Shown here: positions 34,011 through 47,957 of the stretch, in pieces
Position numbering within the stretch: position 1 is the first letter of the stretch
Layout: the number at the start of each line of letters is the position of its first letter
Source of the DNA: Sphyrna mokarran
Taxonomy: Eukaryota
Assembly (NCBI GenBank): GCA_024679065.1
Contig: JAGIQG010000009.1
Location: 81,282,001 to 81,346,000, forward strand
DNA length: 64,000 nt
Direction: 5' to 3'
The notes under the pieces: model-generated
The model's database searches: none
What the model saw: the letters and a program-made list of their open reading frames with translations, nothing else
Told to the model about the DNA's origin: nothing
Program-made: the position numbers and the translations under genes

Positions 34011-36534
34011 ACCATTTTCTCCCGTCTCAGTAACAAACATCCAGCTGCTCTGAGCTCCTTCTTTCACTTCCTCTGTCGGTTACGTTTCAATCTTCCGATC
34101 TGACAGTCTTTGCAGTTATTTTTGACACTGGGGATTTGTGCTGTGGTCTGAATCTCTAACAATAACTGTCCAATCAGTGAAAAGAACAACAGCTCAGAGC
34201 AGTCAGGACTGAGGAGCCAGGCTCACTGGGAAACACATTGGGAAGATCAAAGCCATGGTCTTCAGCTCCCGATACAAACTCCATCCCTCCCCCTTTGAAG
34301 TGTCTGACACTGAACCACACGGTCCACAGCCATGGTGTCCTATTTGACCCTGAGATGATTTTCCCACCACATCATTCACTCCATCACTAAGAACACCTAT
34401 GTCCACCTTGGTAACATCTCCCGTGTGCCCCCTGCCTCACATCATCTTCTGCTGAAAATCTCATCTGTGTCTTTGTTCCCTCTGAACGTTACTATTCCAA
34501 TGCTGTCCTGGTCGATCTCACACCTACCACCCTCTGTAATCATCAGCTCACCCAGAACTCTGCTTCCTGGATCTGAACTCACTCCAAATCCTGTTCACCC
34601 GTCACTCTCTGTTCTCACTGACTTACACTGACCTCCTGTCCAGCCATGCCCTGATTTTAACAATCCCATTCTGCCTATCAAATCCCTCCCTATCCTGCAC
34701 CCTCCCTATCTCTGTAACCTCCTCCAAGCTACCTAATTTAGTGTGCTCAGTAATCTTGGATATGTGACTCTCTATTCCTTCATCCAGGTCATTGACCAAT
34801 ATAGTGAAAAACTGAGGCTTCAGCACAGATCCCTGGGGACATCACTATTCACAGCTTGCTGATTGGAAAATACACACAGTATCCCTACTCTCTGTCTTCT
34901 ATCTCTGAACCAATTCCTTATCAATGGCAAAGGCTTTCTTCAAATTCCAAACACTTCCATTTTTATTCACAGCCTCTCGTGTGGCACTTTCCCAAATGTC
35001 TTCTGGAAATGCATGGAAATAAGATCCAGAGATATTCCCTTATTGAGCACATTAGTGACTCATTAACAAATGTAAGCAGCTTAGTTGAATATGTCTGAAT
35101 CTTTTAAAATTCGTATTGACTCTTTCCGATCAGTTCCTGTTTCTCACTCATTCTGTCTCTAATAAAATATTCCAGTCACTTTCCCACAACACACATTAAA
35201 CCGAGCTGTCAGCTGTGAATGACTCTAGTAAAACAGCTAGTACAGACATGAGGGGCTGAATGGTCTCCTGTGTTTTAGATCTATCTGGCTCTTTGACTGA
35301 AACATCTGGATTGGAATAGGAGATGGGCTGGAGGTTAAAGAATGAGTTGAAGTTAGACAGAGTGTTATTAGTGGGTCATGTCCAATGTATATTTTGTCCA
35401 TTACTTCCTCGAAAAGATGGAGTCAAATTTTCTGAAAAACTAAGTGCCCATTGCGGCTGGAAAACAGGACATTTTCCCACCATTTTCTGGGCATATTTAC
35501 CCAGTTGAAATGCCGGCACTCGGTATTTCACAAAATCTGCCAGGGATTTACACCAATGGATGGGGTTAATCTCACCCGTGAGGCCTGGATCAACACTCAC
35601 TCATCCCTGCCTTGCGATATCTTCCCCAATCTAATTCCCCACTCCCCTGATCACAGGCCCTGACCTCCCCAACCGAATCTCACTTTCCCGAAACGACTGG
35701 CCTCCCAACCTCCCCCGCAATCATCGTCCCCGACTCCCTACGCCCAATCCCATCCCTCTGTGCACAGTTGCCAGCCCCTGATGTCTTCCACAACTCTCCC
35801 TCCAATCACCGATACCAACCCCCACCCCTACTCCCCTTCCCCAACCGAATGCCTTCCCAATGGCTCCCACCCCCTCATCCCCCCAATTCTCGGCCCCCTC
35901 GCCGATCGCCGGCTTCCCAATGACTTCCTCAATTAGAAAGTTCCTGCTGAACTCAGCAACAATTCTGCACCCCACCCCCATCCCCCACCATCCTGAGCTT
36001 TCAAACAAACATCAGCGATGGAATTGTGGAGACACAGAAAGAAAGTTTAGTAAAAGTCAAACCAGCTTTCCCATCATCGTCATTGCTTGTGCACTTTGAC
36101 CTGTAGGAAACCATTCGGAATCATTTGTGGCCTTGCCGTACTTTGTGGGGGATGAACACACAGTAGATGGACAGTTGGGAGTGAGGTTCAGTCAGACATA
36201 GAAGGAAAAGTCGGTGAGTCCAGCAGGCAGAGAAGACTTGGGCTTGATAAGGTACATGGGAGGATTGGAAGGCTAAACAGCATCTATTTTAATACAAGGA
36301 GCCTGTCTGGTCAGGCAGATGAACTCAGAGAGTTGGTCAGGACGGGAAAATATGAGATTGTTGTAATCACTGAGATATAATTGAAAGAAGGACAGGACTG
36401 GAATCTCAACATTCCAGGATATAGAAGTTCAAGATGTGATTGGGGGATATGTAGGAGAGGAAAAAAGAGATTAAAGAGACCATCACTGCAATAATGAGGC
36501 AGGATATGTTGGAACGCTCTTCAAAAGAGGACAT

Positions 36535-38070
36535 ATAGAACATAGAACATAGAACAATACAGCACAGAACAGGCCCTTCGGCCCTCGATGTTGTGCCGAC
36601 CAAAATAAAAAGCAATGCCCCTCCTAACTAAACCATTCCCTTCTCATCCATATACTTATCAACTAACCTCTTAAACGCCACCAAACTTGGCGCATCCACA
36701 ACAGCTGCAGGCAGGGCATTCCACTCCCTAATCACTCTTTGAGTAAAGAACCTACCTCTGATATCCGTCCTATAACTCATACCCCTTAATTTAAAGCTGT
36801 GTCCCCTCGTGCTAGCTTTCTCCATCCTAGGAAAAAGGCTATCACTGTCCACCCTATCTAAACCTCTAATCATCTTATATGCTTCAATAAGATCCCCTCT
36901 TAGCAGCCTCCTTTCTAACGAAAACAACCTCAAATCCTTCAACCTCTCTTCATAGGACCTGCCCTCCATACCAGGCAACATCCTGGTAAACCTCCTCTGT
37001 ACCCTCTCCAATGCCTCCACATCTTTCTTATAATGTGGCGACCAGAACTGCACACAATACTCCAAGTGCGGCCGCACTAGAGTTTTGTACAGTTGCAACA
37101 TGATGCTGCGGCTCCTAAATTCAATCCCCCTACCAATAAAAGCTAAGACTCCATATGCCTTCTTAACAACTTTATCCACTTGACTGCCTACTTTCAGGGA
37201 TCTATTGACACATACACCAAGATCCTTCTGTTCCTCAACACTATTAAGAGCCCTACCATTAGCCCTATACTCTACACATTTATTGTTCCTGCCAAAGTGC
37301 ATTACCTCACACTTTTCCACATTAAACTCCATTTGCCACCTCTCGGCCCAGCTCTGCAACTTGTCCAAGTCACTCTGTAAACTAAAACACCCCTCTTCAC
37401 TATCTACCACACCACCAACTTTAGTATCATCTGCAAATTTACTGATCCATCCCTCAATACCCTCATCCAGATCATTTATAAAAATTACAAACAGCAGGGG
37501 CCCCAAAACAGACCCCTGAGGCACACCACTCGTCACCGAACTCCACGATGAATATCTCCCATCAACCACCACCCTCTGTCTTCTATCTGCCAGCCAATTC
37601 CTAATCCAATTAGCTAAATCACCCTCTATTCCACACATCTGCATTTTCTGTAGAAGTCTTCCATGGGCCACCTTATCAAAAGCCTTACTAAAGTCCATAT
37701 ATACTACATCAACCGCCTTACCCCCATCCACCTCTCTGGTCACTTTCTCAAAAAACTCAATGAGGTTAGTAAGGCATGACCTACCCTTCACGAAACCATG
37801 CTGACTATCCCCAATCAATTCATTTCTCTCCAAATAACTATAAATCCTATCCCTAATAATTCTCTCCAATACCTTGCCCACCACAGAAGTAAGACTCACT
37901 GGCCTATAATTCCCAGGAAGGTCTCTCTTCCCCTTCTTAAACAATGGGACCACATTCGCCATCCTCCAGTCCTCCGGAACCACACCCGTAACCAACGAGG
38001 ACCTGAAGATCAGAGCCAGAGGCTCTGCAATCTCCTCTCTTGCCTCCCAGAGAATCCTAGGGTAAATCCC
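36535..38070 (-). mobile_element. Young 5'-truncated CR1 LINE with uninterrupted RT domain
   Basis: ORF 36628-38070 is nearly identical in protein to the element at 17522-19183; (AGAACAT)n tail at 36535; empty site at about 9650. Confidence 0.96.
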
Positions 38071-38407
38071 TAGGGTGAGCTGAGTGGAGCTGAGAAATAT
38101 AAAGAGCATCCACCCTATGGGTGGAGCTGAGAAATATAAAGAGCAATCATTGTATGGGATTATAGCACAGCCGTCCCAACACTCAGAGGGAGATAGAGGA
38201 GCAGAGAGCTCCACCCTATGGGTGGAGCTGAGAAATATAAAGAGCAATCATTGTATGGGATTATAGCACAGCCGTCCCAACACTCAGAGGGAGATAGAGG
38301 AGCAGATATGTAGGCAAATCACAGAGAGAGGTGTGAGAGGAATTGGGCTGTAGTAGTCGGGGATTTCAACCTCACCAATATTAATAGAATCACCTCAGTG
38401 TGAAAGG

Positions 38408-38730
38408 GCTGGCACGGTGGCACAGTGGTTAACTCTGCTGCCTCACAACGCCAGGGACCCAGGGTCAATTCCAGCATCGGGTCACTGTCTGTGTGGAGTT
38501 TGTATGTTCTCCCCGTGTTTGCGTGAGTTTCCTCAGGGTGCTCTGGTTTCCTCCCACAGTCCAACGATGTGCAGGTTAGACTGATTGGCCATGCTAAATT
38601 GCTCCTTAGTGTCAGAGTGACTAACAAGGTAAATACATGGGATCATGGGGACAGGGCTGGGTGGGATTGTTGTTGGTATGGGATCGATGGGTTGAATAGC
38701 CTCGTTCTGCACTGTCGGGATTCTATGATT
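38408..38730 (+). mobile_element. tRNA-derived V-SINE (HE1-like)
   Basis: ggcacggtggcacagtggttaactctgctgcctcacaacgccagggaccc head; absent at the paralogous site near 9830. Confidence 0.88.
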
Positions 38731-40998
38731 AGACAGGATGGAATTTGTAAAGTGAGTCCAGAGAGCTCTTTGTGTCAGTACGCCAACCTAATCCTCGGGA
38801 ATGAAGTTGGGCAAGTTGTTGAAGTGTCAGTGGTGAGCATTTTGGGGATGGGGATGGTGGACAGAGCAATGAAACCTGGAATTTAATCCTGATAAGTGTG
38901 AGATGATGCATTTGGGAGATTTAATAAGGATAGGATTTACACAATGAACAGTTGGTACCGAGAGAGTATGGAGGAGAAGAGGGACCTTGGTATAAAGTCC
39001 ATGGATCCCTGAAGGTGGCAGCACAGGGAGATAGTGTGGTGAAGAAGGCAATCGGAATGCTTGCCTCATTATCCGGGGGAATTCGAATATGGGAAGGGGA
39101 AGGATATGGTACAACTTTATAAAACATTGGTTAGGCCGTGGGTGAAATGTGCGCAGTTCTGGTCACCACACTATCGGAAGGATGTGATTGCACTGGTGAG
39201 GGTGCAGGGGAGAATCACCAGAATGTTGCCTGGGATGGAAACTTTCAGCTATGAGGAGAGACTGGATAGACTGGGATTGTTTTCCCTGGAGCAGAGGAGG
39301 CTGACAGAGGATCTGATAGAGGTTTACAAAATTATGAGATGTATAGATAGGATAGGTTGTAAGAGACTTTTCTCCATGGCAACGGATTCCAAAAGCACAG
39401 GGCATAGGTTTAAGGTGAGGGAGAAGTGGGTGAGAGAAAATTTGAGAAAGAATTTTTGACCTAGAGAATGGTGGAAATATGGAATGTGCTGCCTGAGAGA
39501 GTGGTGGAGGCAGGAACTCTCGGTACATTTAAGAAGCATCTGGACAAGCTCTTCAATCACCAAGGCATAGGAACTATGGACCAAGCACTGATAAAAGGAA
39601 TTAGTATAGATTGGTATTGGGTAGTCAGCACAGATATAAGGGCCTGTTTCTGTGCTGTGTAAATCTATGACGCTAAATGGAGTTGGAGCAATTCTATCCC
39701 ATAGAATGGCAGATCGGACGGAAAGACCAAATTCATTTGCATTGAGAACTTTGTTAAATGTTGACAAAATATATTCACAAATTGACACAGAAAGCTCAAC
39801 AGTTATCCACACAGTGAAAAATTTCACCAATATGTCTATAAGCGGCATTTCACCATCGTGTCAGACCATAAGCCATTGTTGGGACTTTTCCAGGACATTA
39901 AGCCAGTGCCACCTATTGCCTCTGCCAGGGTGCAGAAATGGGCATTGCTGCTGGCACTAAAGAGCTAAACCTTCCAGCACAGGCCTGGAATAATCATCTC
40001 AAATACAGATGCTTTGAGCCGTCTGCCGCTAGCACAGACCATACCATCACCGCCTGTTCCACAGGAGATAGTATTGGCTCTGCATTATTTGGACACCCTG
40101 CCTGTCTCAGCAGCCCACATTCAGATGTGGACACATAGGGAGCTGGTGTTAGCAAAGGGCAAGAAAATAGTACTGACCGGGTGGCACTTTGACAAAGCAG
40201 AGCAAATGAAGCTGTATTTACATTGCAGGGACCAGATACCCTGTGAAGAGGGGGTGCTATTGTAGGGTGTCAGTTTCATGGTATTACCCCTTGTGCAATG
40301 GCCATTGCTCCAAAAGTTACATGAGACCCAAATTGGCCAGAGGAGAACTAAAGTGTTGGCCAGTAGTTATGTCTAGTGGCCTGGCATTGATAGAGACATT
40401 GAATAAATGGTTGGGCAGTATGAGAGTTGTCCGACTCAGCAAGTGTTACTTCCATCAGTGAACATGCTCCCTTGGTCACGGCTTCGTGTAGGTTTTGGAC
40501 AGATGTTCCTGGTGTTAGTCGATGCCCATTCCAAGTGACTGGATGATCAGCTCATGAGATCCATCACATCCTCCATTTACCATAGATAAACTGAGGCCGA
40601 TCTTTGTGATCCATGGTCTTCCTGAAGTGTTGCTATCAGACAATGGAGCAGCATTTACGCTGATGAATTTCAGACTTTGGTCAATTCTAATGAGATTTGT
40701 CATGTCAGACCAGCCCCCGACCATTCTGCCTCGAATGGGTCGGTGGAGCGAGCCATGCTGATGTTCAAGGCTCCATGTGAAACAGGTTCATGGACCGCTG
40801 CCATTGCAATTGGCCAGTTATTTGCTGTCCGACAACACTACACCTCACACCATCACTGGGGTCATGTTGGGGTCACACCCGCAGAATTGTTATTGGGTCG
40901 GTGCCTGTGTATCTGTCTAGATTTAGTGTTCCCAAATTTGTCGGGGAGGATGGAGGCTCAGCGAGCCTCTCAGAAAGAGTATCATGACTGTCAGAAAG

Positions 40999-41929
40999 AA
41001 CATAGAACATAAAACAATACAGCACAAACATGTCCTTCGGCCCACGAGTTGCGCCGATCACATCTACCAATCCACAGACCTATCTATAACCCCCTGTCCT
41101 ATTCTTTTCCATATATTCATCCAGAAGTCTCTTAAAAAACCCCAGTGAGTTTGCCTCAACAACCTCCGACGGCAGTCAGTTCCATTCACTCACCACCCTC
41201 TGAGTGAAAAATCTACCCCTGTCATCTCCTTTGTATTTGCTTCCCTGCACCTTAAATCTGTGTCCTCTCCGAGTGACCATTTCAGCTCGGGGAAATAGTC
41301 TCTGAAAGTCCACCCTATCTATCCCTCTCAACATTTTATAAACCATTATCAGGTCGCCTCTCAACCTATGTCTCTCCAGGGAGAAGAGTCCCAGCTCCCT
41401 CAACCTATCTTCATAAGACCTGCCTCCCAATCCAGGCAGCATCCTTGTAAATCTCCTCTGAACCCTCTACATCCTTCCTATAATGAGGCGACCAGAACTG
41501 TGCACAATACTCCAACTGGGGTCTGACAAGAGTCTTATAGAGCTGCATCATTACCTCCTGACTCCTGAATTCTATTCCTCGATTAATGAAGGCCAGTACA
41601 CCGTATGCCTTCTTGACCACTTCCTCCACCTGCGAGGCCGATTTAAGAGTCTTATAGACCCGGACCCTGAGATCCTTCTGCTCTACAACCCAGCTAAGAC
41701 TCCTACCCCTTATATTGTACTCCTTCATCCCATTATTCCTGCCAAAATGGACCACTACACATTTATCTACGTTGAAGTCCATCTGCTACTTCTCCGCCCA
41801 GTCTTGCATCCTGTCCATGTTCCGCTGCAACTTTTGGCATCCCTCCAGACCATCCACAACACCACCAATCTTTGTATCGTCGGCGAACTTGCTAACCCAT
41901 CCCTCCACTTCCTCATCCAGGTCTTTTAT
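40999..41929 (-). mobile_element. 5'-truncated CR1 LINE inserted in the Gypsy remnant
   Basis: RT C-terminal ORFs 41176-42037; TSD gaaag (40994-40998/41930-41934); empty site at about 11653. Confidence 0.93.
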
Positions 41930-43364
41930 GAAAGGGGACAGATTGTTTAATGATGGCGATCTCATGTTGAGTGGGAATTTGGATGGTGGACCCAGTTGTG
42001 GAGAAGACAGGACCAGTCTCATATTTGGGGGAGACACAGGGCTGTGGAGTTAAGGAACATATTGGTTACCTACGCAAGAGAGTAAAGCAAGCTCCAGGAG
42101 ATGAGCAATTGGGCCCCGTAACCAGTTTGTGTGTACCAGCCTCTGAACAAGACAATTCCATGTCCATCGTGTGGCCAAGGCAGCGTCTGGCTTGGGTGGG
42201 TGAGGCAGAGAAAAGGGGCTGCCCAAGGCCTAGCTCCAGAGATGGTTAGCACATCCATCCCATCAGTGGATCCTGTATCGATGGCTGCTGAAGTGCCCCT
42301 GATAGAGTTGCAGCGTTCCGCAAGGTTCCAGAAATCTCTGGACCAGCTGACATTATGAACTGTCTTTCCCTGGTGTCCCTCCTGTAATATTGTTGTTTCT
42401 CTGCCTGTGTGTTAACTGTTGTACTTTTTGTTTGATGACAGGGAGTCCAAGATGTTCCAGGGGAAGGAGTGTGTGAACCTGGCCCCTTTAAGGGGCAATC
42501 CTTCACAGGCCACATGACCAGACCGGAGCCAATGGACTGTGAGGATGTGAACCTGGGCCAATCGGGAGTGAGGGTGATCATTCCTGGGACTGGAGGCTTC
42601 AGTTGGAGTCAGGATGTTGTTGGTAATAGAGCTGTTTGTTTGTGTTGTTAAACCCTTCATTGGAAATACTTCTTCTCATCAATAAAGCCTTTAGTTAGTT
42701 ATTTCCAAATCCAGTCTCCTCCACTTATTACAATCAGCATCTCTACCACTTTGGATAGCAACAGTCTCTGATAACATCAAATACACACACTAACTATTCA
42801 ACTCGAACAGTTTCACCAGCTGCTGTCACCCTCCCTACTTCTCTCCATTTATTCTGCATTCTCATCATCTCCCCTCGATTTCTCACTGAATCCTCCACTT
42901 TCCTGCTCTTTCCTGTGTCCAGGTTCACCTGCCCCCTTCCCCTTGGGATTGTTCCATTGCTTTGTTCCAGAAACTTTCTGGTTGTGTTCAGGCTTCTCTC
43001 CACTGCAACCCGAGACATTCGGTCTGGGCTACTGTCGATGTTTAACATTCTGTCCCACCTTGGACTGAATACATAACCAGTGAGGGTCCGACCCACACGG
43101 TGAGAGTTTGTCACCGTAAAGGAGTCAGGGATCCCGAATGCTGCCATATAACCTGTGTGTGATAATTATTCATTGGATTTAGCTCAGAGTTACATAATAT
43201 TGGATGTTGTTTTGGAACAAAGGGAAATCTCAATGTTCAGGAAACACAAGTGATTGAGAAGAAAGGGGGAGCTTCATGTAATAGTGTGTGTGTCCAGCCC
43301 TGAGTTCATGCATATAGTTAAATGCATTGTCGTGTATTATCGAGTTTGTGTGTTTTTTTTACAT

Positions 43365-44232
43365 GTTGTGGATAGTCTGGAGGGATGTCTGAAGTTGCAG
43401 CGAGATGTAGATAGGATGCAAGACTGGGCGGAGAAGTGGCAGATGGACTTCAACGTGGATAAATGTGTGGTGGTCCATTTTGACAAGACCAATGGAATGA
43501 AGCAGTACAATATCAAGGGTCGTAGTCTTGGCAATGTTGAGGAGCAGAAGGATCTTGGGGTCCAGGTCCATAGGTCTGTTAAATCTGCCCCACAAGTGGA
43601 AGATGCAGTCAAGAAGGCATACAGCCTTCATTAATAGAGGGATTGAGTTTAGGAGTCAGGAGGTGATGCTGCAACTTTGAAAGACCCTTGTTAGACCCCA
43701 CTTGGAGTATTGTGTGCAGTTCTGGTCACCTCACTATCGGAAGGATGTGGAAGGCATTGAGAGGGTGCAGAGGATATTTACAAGATGTTGCCTGGATTGG
43801 GGGGCATGCCTTATGAAGATAGGTTGAGAGAGCTCGGTCTCTTCTCCCTGGAAAGATGAAGGTTGAGAGGCGACCTGATAGAGGTTTATAAGATGTTGAG
43901 AGGAATAGATAGAGTGGATTCTTGGAGGCTGTTTCCTTGGGCTGAAATGGTCGCTACGAGAGGACACAGGTTTAAGGTGCTCAGGGGCAAATACAGAGGA
44001 GATGTAAGAGGTAAGTTTCTCACTCAGAGGTTGATGAGTGAATGGAATCGGTTGCCGTCAATGGTGGTAGAGGCGAACTCGCTGAGGTCTTTTAAGAGAC
44101 TTCTGGATGAGTACATGGGATTTAATGGGATTGGGAGTTACAGATAATTCTATGGCCTGGTAAGTATAGATGTGATCGGCACAACTTATGGGCCGAAGGG
44201 CCTGTTTGTGCTGTAGTGTTCTATGTTCTATG
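43365..44232 (+). mobile_element. 5'-truncated CR1 LINE (paralog of 13087-13970)
   Basis: Same position and sequence as the first copy, with extra stops and indels. Confidence 0.92.
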
Positions 44233-45046
44233 AATGAATATTCTGTATTAATTATTCACACAAAGACTGGACTATTTCTCCCTGGTTCACACACTTTTCT
44301 CACAGGATACTAAAGTGAAAATCTACACCACTAAGAACCAGTGTTCCATGTTCCCATTCTGAGCTTTGAGATCCTTTCACATTTAACATCAGTGTGGGTC
44401 TTAACAACTGAAACAACATTCTATTCTCTCAAAAGTAACTCTGGAGATTGTTGCTGGTGATTTTAAAATGATTCCAGATCCTAACAGGTTTATTGTCGAG
44501 CTGCCTTCTTTAACCTGCTTCAAATTGCATCCATTAAACTTTTGGATTTATATTTTGGGAAGAGACAAACACATTTTAAACTCTTCTTTCAGCACAGAAG
44601 CTTTCAGCATTTGGATTTGTGTCAATTGTTGTCAAAGCTTTGAAAATAAACATTTCCTGTTGAGAACATTATCAGGACCCAAACCTGAACCTTTAAACTT
44701 TGTAAGAATGATAATTTCCACGATCAAAATTGAAACTCCCTCTTCCTGATGTGTGTGGCTTTGTATCCAGATTGAAATCCCACATGTTTATTAACACATA
44801 TTCTTTATCTTAGATAACATCTTTGTATCTCAAAGGTCACTTGCTGAAAGGTCAGATTCTTATTGAACAGTGTGTCCATATCAGATCTCCTGTCCCCAAG
44901 TAGAAAATAACAGTGGTCCTGAAGGGGTTAAATCATTTTCCACAGAATCCCTAACATAGAACATAGAACATAGAACACGACGGCACAAACAGGCCCTTCG
45001 GCCCACAAGTTGTGCCGAACACATCAAAACCTACCCAGCCATAGAC

Positions 45047-47931
45047 CTATCTATAACCTCCAATCCTATTGGATCCCATATACTCATCCAGAAGAGTTTT
45101 AAAAGACCCCAGCGAGTTCGCCTCGACCACCACTGACGGCAGCCGATTCCATTCACTCACCACCCTCTGAGTGAAAAACTTTCCCCTAGCAAGCCCTCTG
45201 TACTTGCTTCCCTGCACCTTAAATCTGTGCCCTCTCGTCGCGACCATTTCAGCCCTGGGAAATAGTCTCTGAGAGTCCACCCTTTTTATTCCTCTCAACA
45301 TCTTGTAAACCTCTATCAGGTCGCGTCTCAACCTTCGTCTCTCCAGGGAGAACAGTCCCAGCTCCCTCAACCTGTCTTCTTAAGGCATGCCTCCCAATCC
45401 AGGCAACATACTTGTAAATCTCCTCTGCACCCTTTCAATAGCTTCCACATCCTTCCTATAGTGAGGCGACCAGAACTGCGCACAGTACTCCAAGTGTGGT
45501 CTGACAAGGGTCCTATAAAGCTGCAGCATTCCCTCCTGACTCCTGAACTCAATCCCTCGTTGAATGAAGGGCAGTACACCATAAGCTTTCTTAACCACAT
45601 CCTCCACCTGGGAGGCCGATTTGAGAGTCTTATGGACCCGGATCCCAAGATCCCTCTGCTCTTCCACACAGCTAAGACTCCTACCTTTGATAGTGTACTC
45701 ATTCATCCCGTTGGATCTGCCAAAATGGACCACAACACATTTATCCGCGTTGAAGTCCATCTGCCACTTCTCCGCCCAGTCTTGCATCCTGTCGATGTCC
45801 TGCTGCAACTTTTGACATCCCTCCAGACCATCCACAACACCACCGACCTTTGTGTCATCGGCGAACTTACTCACCCATCCCTCCACTTCCTCATCCAGGT
45901 CATTTATGAAAATGACAAACAGCAAGGGTCCTAGAACAGATCCCTGGGGCACTCCACTGGTGACCGACCTCCATGCAGAAAAAGAGCCATCCACAACCAC
46001 CCTCTGCCTTCTGCAGGCAAGCCAGTTCTGGATCCACAAGGCCAAAGCCCCTTGGATCCCATGGCCTCTCACCTTCTCAAGAAGTCTTGCATGTGGGACC
46101 TTGTCAAAGCCTTGCTGAAGTCCATGTACACCACGTCCACTGCTCTTCCTTCGTCAATGTGTTCAGTCACATTTTCGAAGAACTCAATTAAGCTCGTAAG
46201 GCACGACTTGCCTTTTACAAAACCATGCTGACTATTTCTAATCAACCTAAACTTCTCCAAATGCTCGTAAATCTTGTCCCTCAGAAGCCTCTCCATCAGC
46301 TTACCAACCACTGAGGTCAGACTCACCGGTCGGTAATTTCCAGGACTATCCCTGTTCCCTTTCTTGAAAATAGGGACCACATCCGCAATCCTCCAATCCT
46401 CCGGAACCTCTCCCGTCTCCATCGACGACGCAAAGATCATCGCCAGGGGCTCTGCAATGACATCCCTCACCTCCCACAACAACCTGGGGTACATCCCATC
46501 TGATCCCGGAGACTTGTCTATCTTGATAGCATTTAAAAGTTCTAACACATCCGCTTCCTTAATATCTACATACTCAATCTTTTCAGTCTGCCGCAAACTT
46601 GTAGTGCATCCTCCCAGATCACTTTCCACCGTGAATACTGAGGCAAAGTACTCATTAAGCACCTCTGCCATTTCTTCCGGTTCCATACAGACTTTTCCCC
46701 CTTCACCTTTTATAGGTCCTATCCCTTCTCTTCTCATCCTTTTACTTTTCACATATTTGTAGAAGGCCTTGGGATTCTCCTTAATCCTACCAGCCAAGGC
46801 CTTCTCATGACCCCTTCTGGCTCTCCTAATTTCCTTTTTAAGCTCTCTTCTATAAGCCTTATACTTCTCTAGATCCCCAACATCTCCTAGCTCTTTGAAC
46901 CTTTTATACACCTTTCTTTTCTTCCTGACTAGGTTCACCACAGCCTTCGTGCACCACGGTTCCCTCGACCTACCAAAACCTCCTTGTCTCACCGGAACGT
47001 TGTCGTGCAGAGCTCCAGACAAGCATTCCTTGAATATCTGCCACCTTCCTTCTGTGCTTTTCCCCAAGAACACCTCCTTCCAGTTTATTCGCCCCAACAT
47101 CTGCCTGATGTCTTCATATTTCCCCTTATTCCAGACAAACACCTTCCTAGCCTGCATGATCCTATCCTTTTCCAATGCAAGGGTGAAGGAGATAGAATTA
47201 TGATCTCCATCCCCAAGATGCTCTCCTACCGAGAGATCCACCACCTGTCCTGGTTCATTAGCTAGTACCAGGTCCAGTACAGAGTCTCTTCTCGTAGGCT
47301 TGTCCACGTGCTGTGTCAGGAAACCCTCCTGAACACACCTAACAAACTCCTCCCCATCCAAACTCCTTACCCTTGGGATAATCCAGTCGATATTTGGGAA
47401 ATTGAAGTTTCCCATCACAACAACATTATTTCTACATCTCTCCAGTATCTGTTTCCCTATCTGCACCTCAACTTCCCTGTCACTATTGGGCGGCCTATAA
47501 AATACACCCAGCAACGTCACCGACCCTTTGCTATTCCTAACTTCCACCCACAGAGACTCCGTAGACATTCCCTCCTCGGTATCCACCTTCTCTGCAGCCA
47601 TGACACTGTCCCTGATCAACAGTGCCATTCCACCACCTCTTTTGCCTCCCTCGTTGTCCTTCCTGAAGGATCTGAATCCCGGGACCTGTAGTACCCAGTC
47701 CTGTCCCTGAGACATCCAAGTCTCTGTAATGGCCACCACATCACAATCCCAAGCAGCAATCCACGCCCTAAGTTCATCCACCTTATTTACTACACTCCTG
47801 GCATTAAAATAGACACAGCTCAGTCCCTCAGACTGGACATTTCCCTTCTCCCCCACTCGTCTAACCTGCCTCTCATCCTGCCTAGAGTCCTTCCCTACCT
47901 GGGAGCTAACTTCCTTGCTCCCAGTCTCCAC
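45047..47931 (-). pseudogene. CR1 ORF2 (AP endonuclease + reverse transcriptase), broken by frameshifts at about 46110 and 45380
   Basis: YFNARS, ITETW, YRPP, DH (APE); KSPGSDG, NYRPVSLT, QGSVLGP, FADD (RT), spread across ORFs 46069-47931, 45380-46072 and 45047-45370. Confidence 0.93.
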
Positions 47932-47957
47932 ATCACTATTCCCTCCCCCTAACCTTT

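Larger units (their letters stand above)
36010..42732 (+). mobile_element. Decayed Gypsy LTR element (paralog of 9100-12455), with nested CR1 and SINE insertions
   Basis: RNase H remnant GVGAILSHRMADRTERPNSFALRTL; PPT and LTR at 42470-42732. Confidence 0.75.
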
